This document shows positions 13,435-28,233 of a stretch of 64,000 bases of DNA, piece after piece. Made by a program: the position numbers and the translations under genes. Source of the DNA: Octopus sinensis (lineage: Eukaryota); the NCBI RefSeq assembly GCF_006345805.1, contig NC_043013.1:51522001-51586000 (forward strand), written 5' to 3'. Every line of letters begins with the position of its first letter. Within the stretch, counting starts at the first letter, position 1. The notes beneath the pieces were generated by a model. The model was not told the origin of the DNA. It searched no databases and was given only the letters and a program-made list of their open reading frames with translations.

Positions 13435-13829
13435 TTTATGTCATTATCGCATCGTCTGATTTGGCTTTTTGCTTGTCGTTACACCACGGTTTTTATTGCT
13501 GTTGTAATAATGGTGGTTAGGGGGGCAGTGGTGTCGTGGTGGTGGTTGTGGTGGTGGTTGTGGTGGTGGTTGTGGTGGTAGTGTCGGCATTGTTGTTGAT
13601 GGTGGTGGTTGATGGTGGAATGGGCCTTCTTGTTGTTCTTGCTGTTCATGTTGGTGGTGTTGGTGATAGTGGTGGTGGTGGTGGTGGTGGTGGTGGTGGT
13701 GAGGTTGTTGTTGTTATTGTTAGTGCTGATGGCTCTGTTGGTGTGGGTCTTCTAATAGTTGGTCATGGTGGTAGTAAGCGACTAGACTCCTCCACCAAAA
13801 TTTCAGGCCTTGTACCTATGGTAGATAGC

Positions 13830-13907
<78 letters not shown>

Positions 13908-14002
13908 GTTATTATTATTATGATTAATAAAAATTATGATTAATAATTATAATAATAATAATGATGAAAATGATGATAATGATGATGATGATGATGATGA
14001 TG

Positions 14003-14060
<58 letters not shown>

Positions 14061-14604
14061 CGAAAACAGCAACAACTACAATAACCACAGCGTCAACAAG
14101 AACAGCAGTCAGTATTACTCTGGGGAGTACCTACTTGAAACAAGATGAATGACAAAAAAAATGTTTACAGAAATAGCAATAACAACAACAACAACAAAAA
14201 CCATAAAGGCAACAACAAGAGCAACAACTGAACCAACGTCAATAACACAGACAACATCAGCGACCATATAAACAACAACAAATACAACACAAAAATATAT
14301 CAAAGTTGATCCCAACAAAAACACGAGTAACAACAAGAGCAATGTCAACAACAACAACAACAACGATAGCGACCAAAGTTAGCTTTAGCGGCAACAATAG
14401 ACAATAAGGATATCAATAACAACAACATCAATGACAACAATAAAAAGTAATACAAGCAATAATAACAACACTGATGTCAAGAATTAGAAACAATCGACTG
14501 TTTGATATCAACAACAAGAACAACACTAATAATAATAATAATAATTATTATTATTATTATCATAATTATTATTGTTATTATTATTGTTATTATTATGTCT
14601 AGTC

Positions 14605-14800
14605 TAGGCACAAAATATGAAAATTTTGGGGGAAGGAGCTTGTCAATTATATGGACCCCACTGCTTAACTGGTAGATATTTCATCGACCCCGAAAGGATG
14701 AAAGGCAGAATCGACCTCGGCGGAATTTGAACTCAAAACGTAAAGACAGACGAAATACCACAATGCATTTCGTCTGGCGTGCTAACGATTCTGCCAGCTC
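14605..14800 (-). mobile_element. S2 SINE
   Basis: Reverse complement of the S2 head and body. Confidence 0.85.
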
Positions 14801-14847
14801 ACCGACATGCAATAATAATAATAATAATATTAATAATAATAATAATA

Positions 14848-14942
<95 letters not shown>

Positions 14943-14943
<1 letters not shown>

Positions 14944-17900
14944 TCTTACACGCATACTTCACAGCAGTACTCTACCCAAAAAATGAAAATACAATAACAC
15001 ATACATATAAAATATGGAAGGAAAATAATAGAGATTTAGACTTGGATACAGCAATGAACCCTAATAAATTAGCTAACGTACGAAGATTACATTCTCAACA
15101 CAAAACAAATAGCAGAAATAGAAATAGAACACCTAAAAGAAAACATACACCAGGAAAATGTAGATAGAAGCCACACAACAATGCCCAATAATATAAACAC
15201 TGAAACTGTAAAACACGAAGACAACGCAACATTCCCAACAAACACGATGTAAACAACGAAGGGGAGCCTAATGATTATGATAATATAAAAAATAAAATAA
15301 TCAAAGAACTAAAAACCACAGAGCTCAAAAGGACCACCGACCATACCTCCCAAGAATAAAAATAAACGCAATAACAACACCAATTTAAACAACATAAACC
15401 TAGCCGTCACTGAACTAGCCACTGAAACAAAAAAAGGGATATCACTGAACTAAATGACTTGATATACGCAGCAGCCACTGCAACCACAAAAGAAGCTGGA
15501 TACTCACCCAAACAAACCCTGTGGATAAATAACATCCAAAACAAAATAAAAAAAATTAGAAAAGACCTGTCGATTCTTAATGAAATCAGCAAACAAGCAA
15601 CGCTACTGAGCAACAAAAAGAGAACAAAAATGCTCCGCAATATAACAACACCACAGAAAAGATTTGCCGGAGATAAAAGAAAAGCTGAAGCAAGATATCC
15701 TTGCCAAAGCTCAAAGGATCCGCCGGTACGAGAAACGCCAACGCTTCTTTGAACAGAACAAAAGTTCAACTCCGACCCCCAAAAAGTTCTACCAAGAACT
15801 GGGCAAAAATAAAATAGAAGTCACTGCAGCACAACGGCAGAAGAATTGGAAGAATTCTGGGACAAATATGGTCGGCGAACGAACCACCAAAAAAAAGGAG
15901 TATCAAATAACAAACTCGGCATCTGAACAAACTTGGACCCCCATAACAACTGAAGAGGTCACCCAGGCACTGCAAAGACTAAGCAACTGGAAGGCACCTG
16001 GGCATGACAAGATCCCCAACTTCTGGTTGAAATATCTAACAGGATGCACAAAAAGCTGGCTGAAAACTTTAACAACGTACTAGCAGAGCCAGAGACAATG
16101 CCTGAATGGCTCACGAAGGGGAAACCACATCTTAATTCCCAATCAACAAATGAACAGAAAACCAGAAAACTACAGACCAATAACCTGCCTCCCTACTATG
16201 TTCAAGGCATTTACTGCAGTGATATCACAAAGGCTGAACAAGCACCTGGACGAAAACAAACTGTTCCCAGAAAGCAGAAAGGATGCCGCAAAGGCTCATA
16301 TGGCTGTAAAGATCAACTAATGATTAATAAAGCCATAACTGAAGACAGCCACAGAAAGAAGAAAGGCCTCAGTATGGCCTGGATTGACTACAAAAAGGCG
16401 TTTGATAGCATCCCCCACACATGGATCCTCGAAACACTAGCCATTAACAAAGTACACCAACAATCATAAAATTCATAGAGACTCTATGAATAAATGGCAA
16501 ACAGTCCTCACTCCAAACAAAAGAGGGACTCATGAAAACCAAAGACATCCCCATTAGAAGAGGAATATTCCAGGGGATACGCTCTCTCCACTCCTTTTTC
16601 TGCTTGGCACTGTCACCTCTATCTGATATGCTAAATAGAACTGGATGCGGATATAAATGTTACGGCAAACGATCAGCCACCTTTTATATATGGATGACCT
16701 AAAACTATACGCTGCAAATGACAAACAGCTGGAAACACTATTAAAGACAGTTCATGGATTTACCAAATAAATAGATATGAAATTTGGATTAGAAAATGCG
16801 CCAAAGTAACCATGAAAAGAGGAAAACTAGTTAAGAGTAACAACATCACACTATGAAGCAAATGAAATAAAAGAATTAGACCAAAGCCAACTTACAAATA
16901 CTTAGAATCCATGAACTAGATAAAACACACAACACACACAAATGAAAGAGAAAATAAAAAAAGAATATTATAGACGAGTTAGATCAATACTAAACACAGA
17001 GCTCAATGCTAAAACAAGATAATAGGTATCAACACTTTAGCTGTCCCAGTTATAAGTTACAGCTACAATATCCTTAACTGGACACGAAATGAACTGACCA
17101 AATAGACAGGAAAACAAGAAAAATAATGACAGGATCTAGGATGCATCACCCCAAATCTGACATAGAAAGACTATATATACAACGTATAGAAGGTGGTAGA
17201 GGCCTTATACAGCTGGAAAACTACTATAAAATAACCACCATAGGACTGCAAAAATTCTACTTCAGAAGGAAGGAAAACTGATCCAGATAGCGGCAAAACA
17301 CGAGCAAAACAAAAAACTGTTCTCAGTATTTAAGGAAGCTGACAAATACAAACAAGAAATCATACCACCTAATAAACATGAAAGAAGAAGAAGATGAAGA
17401 AACAAAAAAGCTTAAAAAAATGAAATCCAAACTAAAAATAGAACAGCAACGAACCATGATAAAACGATGGCAAGAAAAGCCCCTTCAGGTAAATACTGGA
17501 CTAACTAAACGCAAGAATAAACACAAAGAAATCCCAGCAATGGTTGAGAAGCTCAGGACTCAAAGCAGAAACAGAGGGATTTTTATTGCAGCACAGACCA
17601 AAGCCTCCCCCCAAATTACCAAAAACAATGTAATGAAAAGAAATATTACAAGTAACTGCAGAATATGTGGAGATGGACAAAACAATAAATCATATTATCT
17701 CTAGCTGCCCAGTCCTGGCTAAGAAGGAATATATTCACAGACAACGACAGAGTTGGAACTTACATACATTGGAAGCTATGCCAATATTATGAATAACCAC
17801 AGAAAAAGATGGTATACAGGCAACACCCCAGAAAAGGTTACAGAAAACGAGAAAGCAACCATACTCTGGGATATGCCGATACACACAGATAGAGAAATTA

Positions 17901-18318
17901 AGGCCAAGACCAGATATATTGTCAGAGACCCCTGAAGAAAAAAAAATGCTTTCTAATTGATGTATCAGTACCGGCAGATGACAACGTGTCTCTAAAGAAA
18001 TGGAGAAACTCTCAAAATACAAAGACCTGGAAATAGAGGTAACTAGAATGTGGAATCTGAAAACAGAAACAATTCCTATCATAGTAGGTGCATTAGGCAT
18101 GATAAAAAATATTCAGACATACATAACAAAAACACCAGGACTTACAACACATTAACATACAGAAAATTGCACTACTAGGCACTGCACACATCCTACGCAG
18201 AACACTTTCCATACAATAACCATCAGAGCATCACAACAAATCACAGCACATACCCAAGCACACAGAGCTGCGCTCGTTAGTGAAGTGAAAGCACGCTATA
18301 AAAATAAAAATAAAACTA

Positions 18319-18321
<3 letters not shown>
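14943..18321 (+). mobile_element. R4/Dong-clade non-LTR retrotransposon, 5'-truncated and frameshifted
   Basis: Motifs across frames: SNWKAPGHDKIPNFWLKYLT; QKGCRKGSYGCKDQL; MAWIDYKKAFDSIPH; RGIFQGD.LSP; YMDDLKLY; CRICG..CP zinc knuckle; TILWDMPIHTDREI and LIDVSVP (RLE nuclease). Flanked by (AAT)n on both sides. Confidence 0.92.
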
Positions 18322-18350
<29 letters not shown>

Positions 18351-20117
18351 GAAGAAAGAAGAAGAAGAAGAAGAAGAAGAAGAAGAAGAAGAAAGGAGGA
18401 GGAGGACGAAAATAATAAGAAAAAGTAGAAGGAAAAGAAGAAGAAGAAGAAGAAGAAGAGGAGGAGGAGGAGGAGGAGAGGACGAAAATAATAAGAAAAA
18501 GTAGAAGGAAAAGAAGAAGAAGAAGAGAAAAGAAGAAGAAGAAGAGAAGAAGAAGAAGAAGAAGAAGGATGATAATGATGATGATGATGAGGATGATGAT
18601 ATGTTTGACAATTTTTTTCAAAACGCCAATAAATTCAAGGGATTGGCAAATCGATCACATCGACTCCACGAGTACTGTGAATTTGTTAGTGACTGGCTTG
18701 AATTCTAAAAGCACAAAAACCCAGGACTTAAACCTCAAAGCAAAACACATGCCTTATAAGTGTGTATGGAGCTATAAAACATTACAAATATAGACAAAGA
18801 ATAGAGTTCATTTTACAACGACATGGGTTTCGAACCGACATAGAGAGGCTATATATTTTCTTTATAGTAAATGATACGGAATATTCTAAAAAAAAAAATA
18901 ATAATAAATAAAACACAACCTGGACGAAAATTGGTTCAGAACGAAAAAGAATCACCAGCGCACAAGAAATCGAAAAAGTATATATTTAGTATCAAAGGAT
19001 ACGATTTCATTACTATAGCAGTAGAAGCAGACCGTACAGAAATAAAACGCTCATCAGTTACATAAATCATTACAAAATCATTATTTTTTCATTACACTTT
19101 CGCAATATTATAATAATATTATCGCACTATTAATAGGTAATTATTAATGATATTTTAATGAATTATTACAATTTCTTGCATCATTACGGCTAAATTCTTT
19201 GAAACTTGTAATCGGTATCTGCCGAAATATATGCGTCACAGGCACCGATGGGTGCAGCTTAGAACCAGCTTCCACAAGAATGTCACGGTGAACTGAAGAA
19301 AGGAAATTTAAAAACGCATAATGCATTGTTTTTGTATATATATATATATGTATATATATTTATGTATATGTGTGTGTATATATATATATGTATATATATT
19401 TATACATATATGCATATATATATAATATATATATGCATGTATATGAATATGAATATATGTATATATAAATATATATGTATGTATATATACATGCATGTAT
19501 ATATATGCATATGTGTATATACGTATATATATATATGTATATATATGCATATGTGTATATATGTATATGTGTATATACATACAAATATATGTGTGTGTTT
19601 ATGTATATATATATATATGAATATATATATATATGTATACATACATCTTCTGTCTCTCTCTATATATATATATTTGCATGCATGTGTGTATATATATGTA
19701 TTTTTATATACATGTATATATATATAGGTTATTGTTAATGGAGGTCAAATCATTTTAAGTGCTGTCTGCATAAATATATGTATATGGTGGCTAATTCTTT
19801 GAGAAAGTTGAGGAGAGAGAAAAAAAAGAGCACAAATTGGTATTTTAAGTTCCCCGTAGAATTTTAAAATAACTTTAGTTAAAAATCTCAGACAAGACTT
19901 GAAATTCTATACGATTCTGTGTGTTTGTGTGTCTGTGTTTGTATGTGAGCGGTTTAGAGGTGTGTGGTCTCTGCAGCTATATGTGTCTGTGTGCAAGTCT
20001 ATCTGCATGTGTTTGTGTGAGCGCCTTCAACTAAGCATGTACATGCGTGTTATTGCGTAGAAATGTTTATCAATATCCATTGGTATGGTTATAGACATAG
20101 AAATATCTATCTATATA

Positions 20118-20184
<67 letters not shown>

Positions 20185-20309
20185 TATAGGTGTGCGTGTG
20201 TGTGCTGTTGATCCACACACACACACACTCACATATGCACTTATATGCATATATATATATATGTATATATATACATATATATACATATATGCATATGAAT
20301 ATATATTAA

Positions 20310-20351
<42 letters not shown>

Positions 20352-20784
20352 TATACATATATTTTATATACACACGCCCGTATGTACATATGGAAACATA
20401 TGAATATATATATATGAGTATATATATATATATATGTATGTATATATTGTGTGTGTGTAAATGTGTGTGTTTATATATATTAGACATGTATATGAAGGAA
20501 TATAGATATATATATATGGATATATGCACACTCGCAAACGCATATATTCATATGTATATCTATATACATATTTATCTATGTTTCTGTTTGTCTCTCTTTC
20601 TCATTCTCTCTCTCTGTCTCTCTGTATGTATGCATATGCGTATTCCTGTGTGTTAAAATACGTGCACATGCATATTATGGAATATATCCATACATACATA
20701 CACACTTTTATATATATATAAAATTTTTCGTAATGAGATAAAGAACCAAGGCTGAATAGATTTTAGAACATTTATAGATAGAAG

Positions 20785-20828
20785 GTCTTACAACTGTTTC
20801 CAGGATATTATATCCCTTCATCGGAGAC
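20785..20828 (-). ncRNA. Minimal type-I hammerhead motif (CCGATGA core) in a pLTR-like repeat
   Basis: gtct CCGATGA a gggata taa tatcct g GAAA cagttg TA agac; stem I 4 bp, stem II 6 bp. Confidence 0.7.
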
Positions 20829-21324
20829 TGTGTGAGAGAATATTAAGTGATAGTTACTTTAGATAGGATACAAAATAGAAAGTGAGGTGGAGGAAAGAAA
20901 ATAGATGTGAGATATGTAGGGATATTGAATTTGTAGATCCAATATTTAGGCAAGATGGTATACAAGTAAGATTCCAATATATATATATATTAAATTTACG
21001 TGTCTCGAGGTGTGCTGGAGAATTTCTATTTTGGATCTATTTGGGGTACTTAATTGTGCTCATGACTTAGTGTTTGCTTCTTCAATGGGTATAAGTAAGT
21101 ATTTCATTTATTTATTTGCTGCATTTATCACTGACGAAGGGAAGATTCTTATGAATTAACTCTGAATTCAGTATGATATGATAATAACGGAATTTTTTAG
21201 TAATTTCTGTCGGCTTTCTTCGAGACGCGCGCTTATAGTGATGAATTATATGGTTATTGACAATGTGTCTGTTTTCGGCATATTTGGCATTGGAAATTTT
21301 TTTCTTTGCCCTTGTTTATAAGTT

Positions 21325-21390
<66 letters not shown>

Positions 21391-21461
21391 ATAGACGCCT
21401 ACACACAAGCGTCGTCTGAACAGTGTTAATTCACTTACGTACACATAATTTAACTGCCTTT

Positions 21462-21527
<66 letters not shown>

Positions 21528-21719
21528 CTAAGCAATAAAGGGTTTAGCAACGAATTGCCTTACCACATACCGAATTTAGAAATAGCAGTCAAAGAGTTAT
21601 AGCTATTTCTTCTACTAAAAAGGGAGATCTCAGTAAAAACAGCAATTGGAAGGCAGACACAAACAGGTAAGAGAGAATGAATTGACGGCAATCTATCATA
21701 CAATTTTAAGTTATATATA

Positions 21720-21757
<38 letters not shown>

Positions 21758-22321
21758 TATACTCACACACGTATATATGCACACATATACTTATAGATAT
21801 CGAAGGAGAAAGTGGAAGAAATATATATAGAGAGAGATAGCCAGACAGACAGGCTGACAGACAAGTATATAGATAGATAGATCGATTGGTAGATAATATA
21901 CTGACATGAACACTTATTTCTAACTATACATTACAAATCATTAAATTTCCAGTATTAAAATATCGAAAAACCGTTTTGCTATGGTATGATACGTGTTTAT
22001 GAGAGTCTTGGTAATGAATGAAATTCTGCTTGGCCGAAATAAGACTACACCCAGAAATCATTTGCACAACTAAATCATATTAAGACCTTTTAAAACACGA
22101 AGGCCGCCTGCCAAGCTTAAAGTGTATTCGCTCAGCATGCTGTAAACTGCTACAGACTCTGTCAATGTAAACATGATTATCAGCCAAATACACAGAAATC
22201 TTTATCAATAACCATCCTGACAATTTTATTCAAACGAAAATAATAGCTTACCAACTGTCATAATATATTCGACGTATGTGTAACAATAGTTACCGCGTTT
22301 ATATCTCAACAACGTTTTGTG

Positions 22322-23220
22322 CACGGACTCTTCATCAAAGAATGTATCGATCGAAAAGCCTTTTGATCGAATGACGTTTAATCGAAAATTCTTTTCATGG
22401 AAAATCGTTTGAACCGAAACTGGTTTTTATCGAACAACTTTCCGTTGCAGAGCTGTTATTTATTAAAAGCATTTCTTATCAAAGTGCATTTTCATTCAAT
22501 AATTATACGAAGAAATATTAGCAATTAAAACTCTAAACAGATAATATTTAATAAGAAGTGTGTGTTACTGATCGTAGATATTTTTTCTAATTCAGAATAA
22601 TATTTTATATTAAATAATGATACAATTCCACCCGAAAAATGAATTCAAAATTTAATATAATTAATTTAAATTTTATATAGGATAACTAATGAATCTATTT
22701 CTCTTGTAAATTAAATGTGTACATGCATGTGGAAGTGTGTCTATGTATGTATATGTGTATGTGTGTATGTGCATGTGTGCATGTGTGTATGTGTGTGTGT
22801 GAGGCCCTGCGTTTGTGCACCTGTGTGGAGATGAAATCACTTCATTACACATGTATTTGAATGGTTCTAATTTGAGGGCACTTCTGTATAATAATATGTT
22901 TGTTTTATTCTTTAAAATTTAACGGAGAAAAATCACTGTTTAATCGTTGTCCAAGCCATGTGACTAATTTAGTTAATTTTTCTGAATCGTCACGGATCAG
23001 GCTACTTTTGAGATGCGATAAAAGGTATTTCCATGAAATGGTCTTCGATGTAAAATCATTTCGATAGAATATCGTTCTCGTCATGAACTTCAATGAGAAA
23101 AAATGTTAGATAAAACGTTTTTTTCGATAAAACCTTGACCGATATAAAATTATTTCGATAAAAAATATATCGCTTTTACAAAATTTTCGAAAGAAAATTA
23201 TTTCGATAAAAAGCCGTGTC
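22322..23220. mobile_element. Foldback-like element with inverted arrays of 16-bp subterminal repeats
   Basis: Left arm has degenerate 16-bp units resembling ttatcgaaaa; right arm has aattatttcgataaaa-like units; termini cacgg / ccgtg. Confidence 0.55.
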
Positions 23221-23566
23221 ATGCCCTCTAATCTGACCAAATTTACATGCTCAGTAACTCTGCAGACCACTCCCCGCATTAATATGTACACACACGAGCT
23301 GACGACGAAGTTGCTACATGTTTGCTGAACCTGCTGGGAAAAGCAGTCAAATAATACTCTACTCTCTAATACTTAAGTTATATTGTGCAATGCATTTCTC
23401 AATATAAAACAAGCAGATCGTCTCAGTGGAATACTTTCAGTCACAGAACTCAGCTGAACACAGATAATCCCAGGCCAAATAATAAAATCATCAATGTGTG
23501 GCACACACTACTTCATACGATGACGCTCTAAATACCAGAGTTCACACTCGGATTGTCTTTATGTTA

Positions 23567-23870
23567 GGAGTGGCAGCTTATCGCTTAGTGGTTAGAGTGT
23601 TTGGTTATGATCGTAAGATTCTGGTTTCGATTCCTGGACGAGGCAATGCATTGTGTTCTTGAGCAAAACACTTCATTTCACAAACCAATAATACTGCGAC
23701 TGACCGGTGTCCCATCAAGGTGGAGAATATGTACTTCGCAGAAACCAGGACCTGGAGTCTGTATGACTCGGGAAAGTTCTTTATTCTATCCTCGTTATAG
23801 TAAGGACATCATTTTTATGAAGTACTGGAGTATGTTGGAACAAGATTGAGTTAGCGCTCCATAACAACAG
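23567..23870 (+). mobile_element. Degraded tRNA-derived SINE (S3-like head)
   Basis: gcttagtggttagagtg...ggtttcgattcc...ttgtgttcttgagcaaaacacttcattt. Confidence 0.65.
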
Positions 23871-24074
23871 AGACTTGTTAAAAATCTCTCTATAACATAT
23901 AATTTATGTCATTTGTTGTACAGCCTAAACAACGACAGCGTTTGAAATAAATGTTAAATACTTACAGGTCACGATACCCTTGATGAAATAACTAAGTATA
24001 ATTCCTTTACTAGGTCTTTGGGGTTGCCTACACAATTGCCAAAGAAGGTCTGATGTTTGTGTCAAGCAATATTC

Positions 24075-24485
24075 TTTTCTTTTCTACTCTGGGCACAAGG
24101 CCCGAAATTTTGGGGAAGGGGCCAATCGATTAAATCGACCCCAGTACGCAACTGGTGCTTAGTTTATCGACCTCGAAGGGATGAAAAGCAAAATAAACCT
24201 CGAAAGGATGAAAGGCAAAGTCGACCTCGATTGAATTTGAACTCAGAGCGTAACGGCAGACGAAATACCTATTTCTTTACTACCCACAAGAGGATAAACA
24301 CAGAGATGACAGACAAGGACAGACAAACGGATTAAGTCGATAATATCGACCCAAGTTCGTAACTGGTAATTATTTAATCGACCCCGAAAGGATGAAAAGC
24401 AAAGTGGACCTCAGAACGTAACGGCAGACGAAATACTGCTAAGAATTTCACCCGGCGTGCTAACGTTTCTGCCAGCTCGCCACCT
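24075..24485 (-). mobile_element. S2 SINE concatemer
   Basis: Two S2 bodies with the head at ~24480, joined through the same junction as 5110-5850. Confidence 0.8.
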
Positions 24486-24748
24486 TATATGTCATGCAAT
24501 ATTATGACTAATATAATTCTGTGAAGGGATAAGAGATCCAGCGGGGTCTTGCGCAAGAATGAATATGGTTACGAGAAAAAGAGGTAAACACTGTATTGTT
24601 TCTATGACCGTTGTTAAGTATTTTAACACATATTTCATATATATGTTTAAATGAGGGTGTGTGAGTATGTGTAAATAAATATAAACACACACGCAGACAT
24701 ATATACACATGTTATATACATATCTATTTATGTATGTGTATATATATA

Positions 24749-24823
<75 letters not shown>

Positions 24824-25189
24824 TATGCATATGAATAGATATGCATATATGTATATATGAGTATATATGCATTTTTCATGTATGAATGTATGAATGTGTA
24901 TATATATATGTACACACGCAACACAAACACATGACAATGAGAGATAAAGAAATAGATGAGAGAGAAACTGATAACACGAAACCAAGTTAGCCAATGGGAA
25001 GCGTGTGTTCTTCGATATCTTATAACTTTTTATTTTTTATTGTTATATTTTCTAGCTGTTCTATATTTCGATGGTAAAGTGCAATCTTTCATAGAAATAT
25101 GTGCCAAAAGAGCCAGAGAAAAGAAAAATATACGCCCAAAGATATTGCACAATTCATACATTCTGATGTAATATTGATTTCCAATGTCA

Positions 25190-26525
25190 AGGCGGTGAGC
25201 TGGCAGAAACGGTAGCGCGCCGGGCGAAATGCTTAGCGGTGTTTCGTCTGTCTTTTTGCTCTGAGTTCAAATTCCGCCGAAATCGACTTTGCCTTTCATG
25301 CTTTCGGGGTCGATAAATTAAATACCTATTTCTTTATTACCCACAAGGGGCTAAACACAGAGGGGACAAACAAGGACAGACATAGGTATTAAGTCGAATA
25401 CATCGACCCCAGTGCGTAACTGGTACTTAATTTATCGACCCCGAAAGGATGAAAGGCAAAGTCGACCTCGGCGGAATTTGAACTCACAACGTAACGGCAG
25501 ACGAAATACCGGTAAGCATTTCGCCCGGCGTTCTAACGTCTCTGCCAGCTCACCGTACTGGGTTCGATCTAATCGACTTAATCCCTTTGTCTGCCCTTGT
25601 TTGTCCCCTCTATGTTTAGCCCCCTGTGGGCAAAAAAGAAATAAGAATCACTAGCAGGTCGGGCGAAATGCTTAACTGTGTTTCGTCTGTCTTTATGTTT
25701 TGAGTTCAAATTCCACCTTATATCCTTTGGTCGACTTTGCATTTATCCTTTTGGTGTTGATAAATAAGTGCCAGTTGCGTACTGGGGTCGATCTAATTCA
25801 CTGGCCCACTCCCCCAACATTTCGGGCCTTGTGCCTAGAGTAGAAAAGAAAATTGATTTCACATTTTGGCACAAGGCTAGCAATATCAGGAGAGAGTGTT
25901 GATGGATTACATCGCCGACACGATGCAAGGCTAAGTCGACCACAGCGGCATTTGAGCTCAGAACACGAGACAGACGAAATGCCTCTAAGCGTGCTTATGG
26001 TCCTTGCAGCTCATCTTGGTAGTGAAGCTGTTTAGAATCTACTGGACTAGAGGATGTTTAGTCTTAATATTCTTTTCTATTCTAGGGACAAGGCCCGGAA
26101 TTTTGGCGGGAGGTGGCCAGTCGACTAGATCGACTCCAGTACGCAACCGGTACTTAATTTATTGACCCCGAAGGATGAAAGGCAAAGGCGACCTTGGCGG
26201 AATTTGAACTCAAAATGTAAAGACAGACGAAATGCCGCTAAGCATTTAGCTCAGCATGCAAAAGTTTCTGCCAGCTCGCCGCCTTGTTTAGTCTTAATAT
26301 TGTTTAGTCCCAAGGCGGCAACGAACTACAGGAATCGTTAGCATGGCGTATGAAATGATTAGCGGCAGTTAGTCTATCTTTACGTTCTGAGTTCAAATTC
26401 AGCGGAGGTCGACTTTGTTTTTCATTTTCTTGGGGTCGATAAAAAAAAATACCAGTTTAGAACTTGGGTCGGTGGAAATGACTCATACATTTCCCAGAAC
26501 TTGCTGGCCTTGTGCCAGAATTCTA
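25190..26525. mobile_element. Cluster of S2 SINE copies in both orientations
   Basis: Heads at ~25190 (+), ~25550 (-), ~26280 (-) and ~26312 (+), with recurrent gagttcaaattcc / gtcgactttg motifs. Confidence 0.8.
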
Positions 26526-26733
26526 AACCAGTTTTACTGAGAATCTTCCTCCGACTTAAAACGTCGATCTGTGAAGGTTGTTGCTGTTTATACTTACTGA
26601 AAGTCGAATCTGAATATTCGTGAATCGTAGAATCTACGGAAAATGGCTAATAGCTTAGCCAATGAAATTAGATAACCTCCTGTATTACGAATTTTTTTCC
26701 CATTCTTTATCACAGCTAGACAGACAGACAGAC

Positions 26734-26820
<87 letters not shown>

Positions 26821-27555
26821 TGAGACAGATAGACAGATAAAAACATATAGGGATATACACATATACATACATAATACATACATTCATACATATTTAATGT
26901 ATATATACACATACTTAAACTACAAATACAAATGCAAGTGCGTTACAGATACAAAAGCAATTGTCAGAAGAACACACTTTTGTCTTATTATTTATTTATA
27001 CTCAAACATCAGAACGTTAAAGCTTTCATTTCAAATTTCACACAAACACATTTACAAGACACCAGGACAATTTATGATCATTATTTTTCGGTATGCAAAG
27101 AGAATAAGAAAGTATATTTACATATGTCTAAAGTTTGACAACGAGAGACTTTAGAAACGGTAAGATCAACTATTTTCAGTTAATTAAACGTTTTCTAATA
27201 AACGTTGTGTTGAGTATAAGTAAGCATTAATTAATTACTGATTCCCATATATGCATATATATGTGTGTGTATAGATATACATCGGTATATGTGTGTGCGT
27301 ATGTATGAATGCATGTATGTACGTACGTATGTATGAATGTATGTATGTATGTATGTATGTATGTATGTATGTATGTACGTATCTATCTATCTATCTATAC
27401 ATATATATATATATTATATATTATATATATATATATATATAATACATACATACATACATACATACATACATACATACATACATACATACATACACACATA
27501 TATATATGAATACATAAATATAGACATACACACACTATCTATCTCTGTGTATATA

Positions 27556-27770
27556 TTGGGTTGGTGCATAATTATAGCGACTTTTTTTCTAAAAATTTTA
27601 TTCACAAAAACAATATCAATAACATCTTTAAATGACGGACTGACTGTCTGCCAAGCAAACGGGAAGCAGTATTTGAAGTAGATGGTGAATATGCTCCGGA
27701 ATAATAATTTAAAGAAGTTTTTGTTCAATAGGTTTTGTTGAAAAAAAGCCGCAATAATTATACAACCCAA
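27556..27770. mobile_element. Mariner-derived MITE
   Basis: TIRs ttgggttggtgcataattat / ataattatacaacccaa, TA flanks; second copy at 49345-49591. Confidence 0.85.
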
Positions 27771-27964
27771 TATATATATGTGTGTGTGTGTGTGTGTGCA
27801 TGTAAGTATATAGATATACATTGGTATACGTTTGTATATATATATATACATATATTCACACAAATATATAAACATGTAATAGTATATGTGTATTTATATT
27901 TGTGTGTATGTGTGTATATATATATACATATGTGTGTATCTAAATGTCGATGATTATATGTATT

Positions 27965-28025
<61 letters not shown>

Positions 28026-28149
28026 CTTACTTCCGATATTTCAGAACATAATCCTGAAGGCTGTACTTAGTAGAAGACCTACTGGTGAGTCAGAAATTAC
28101 TAAACTTTAAGGGTTAAATGCTTTATATTTGACTATAAGGCGCACCAAA

Positions 28150-28233
<84 letters not shown>

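Noticed and set aside
21125-21244. Hammerhead-like CTGACGA...GAGA cgcgcg
   Set aside because: GAAA is mutated and stems I and III do not pair in register; possibly a decayed HHR but not supportable.
23020-23220. Regularly spaced short repeats as a CRISPR-like array
   Set aside because: Degenerate 16-bp tandem units with no unique spacers, in a eukaryotic context with no cas genes.
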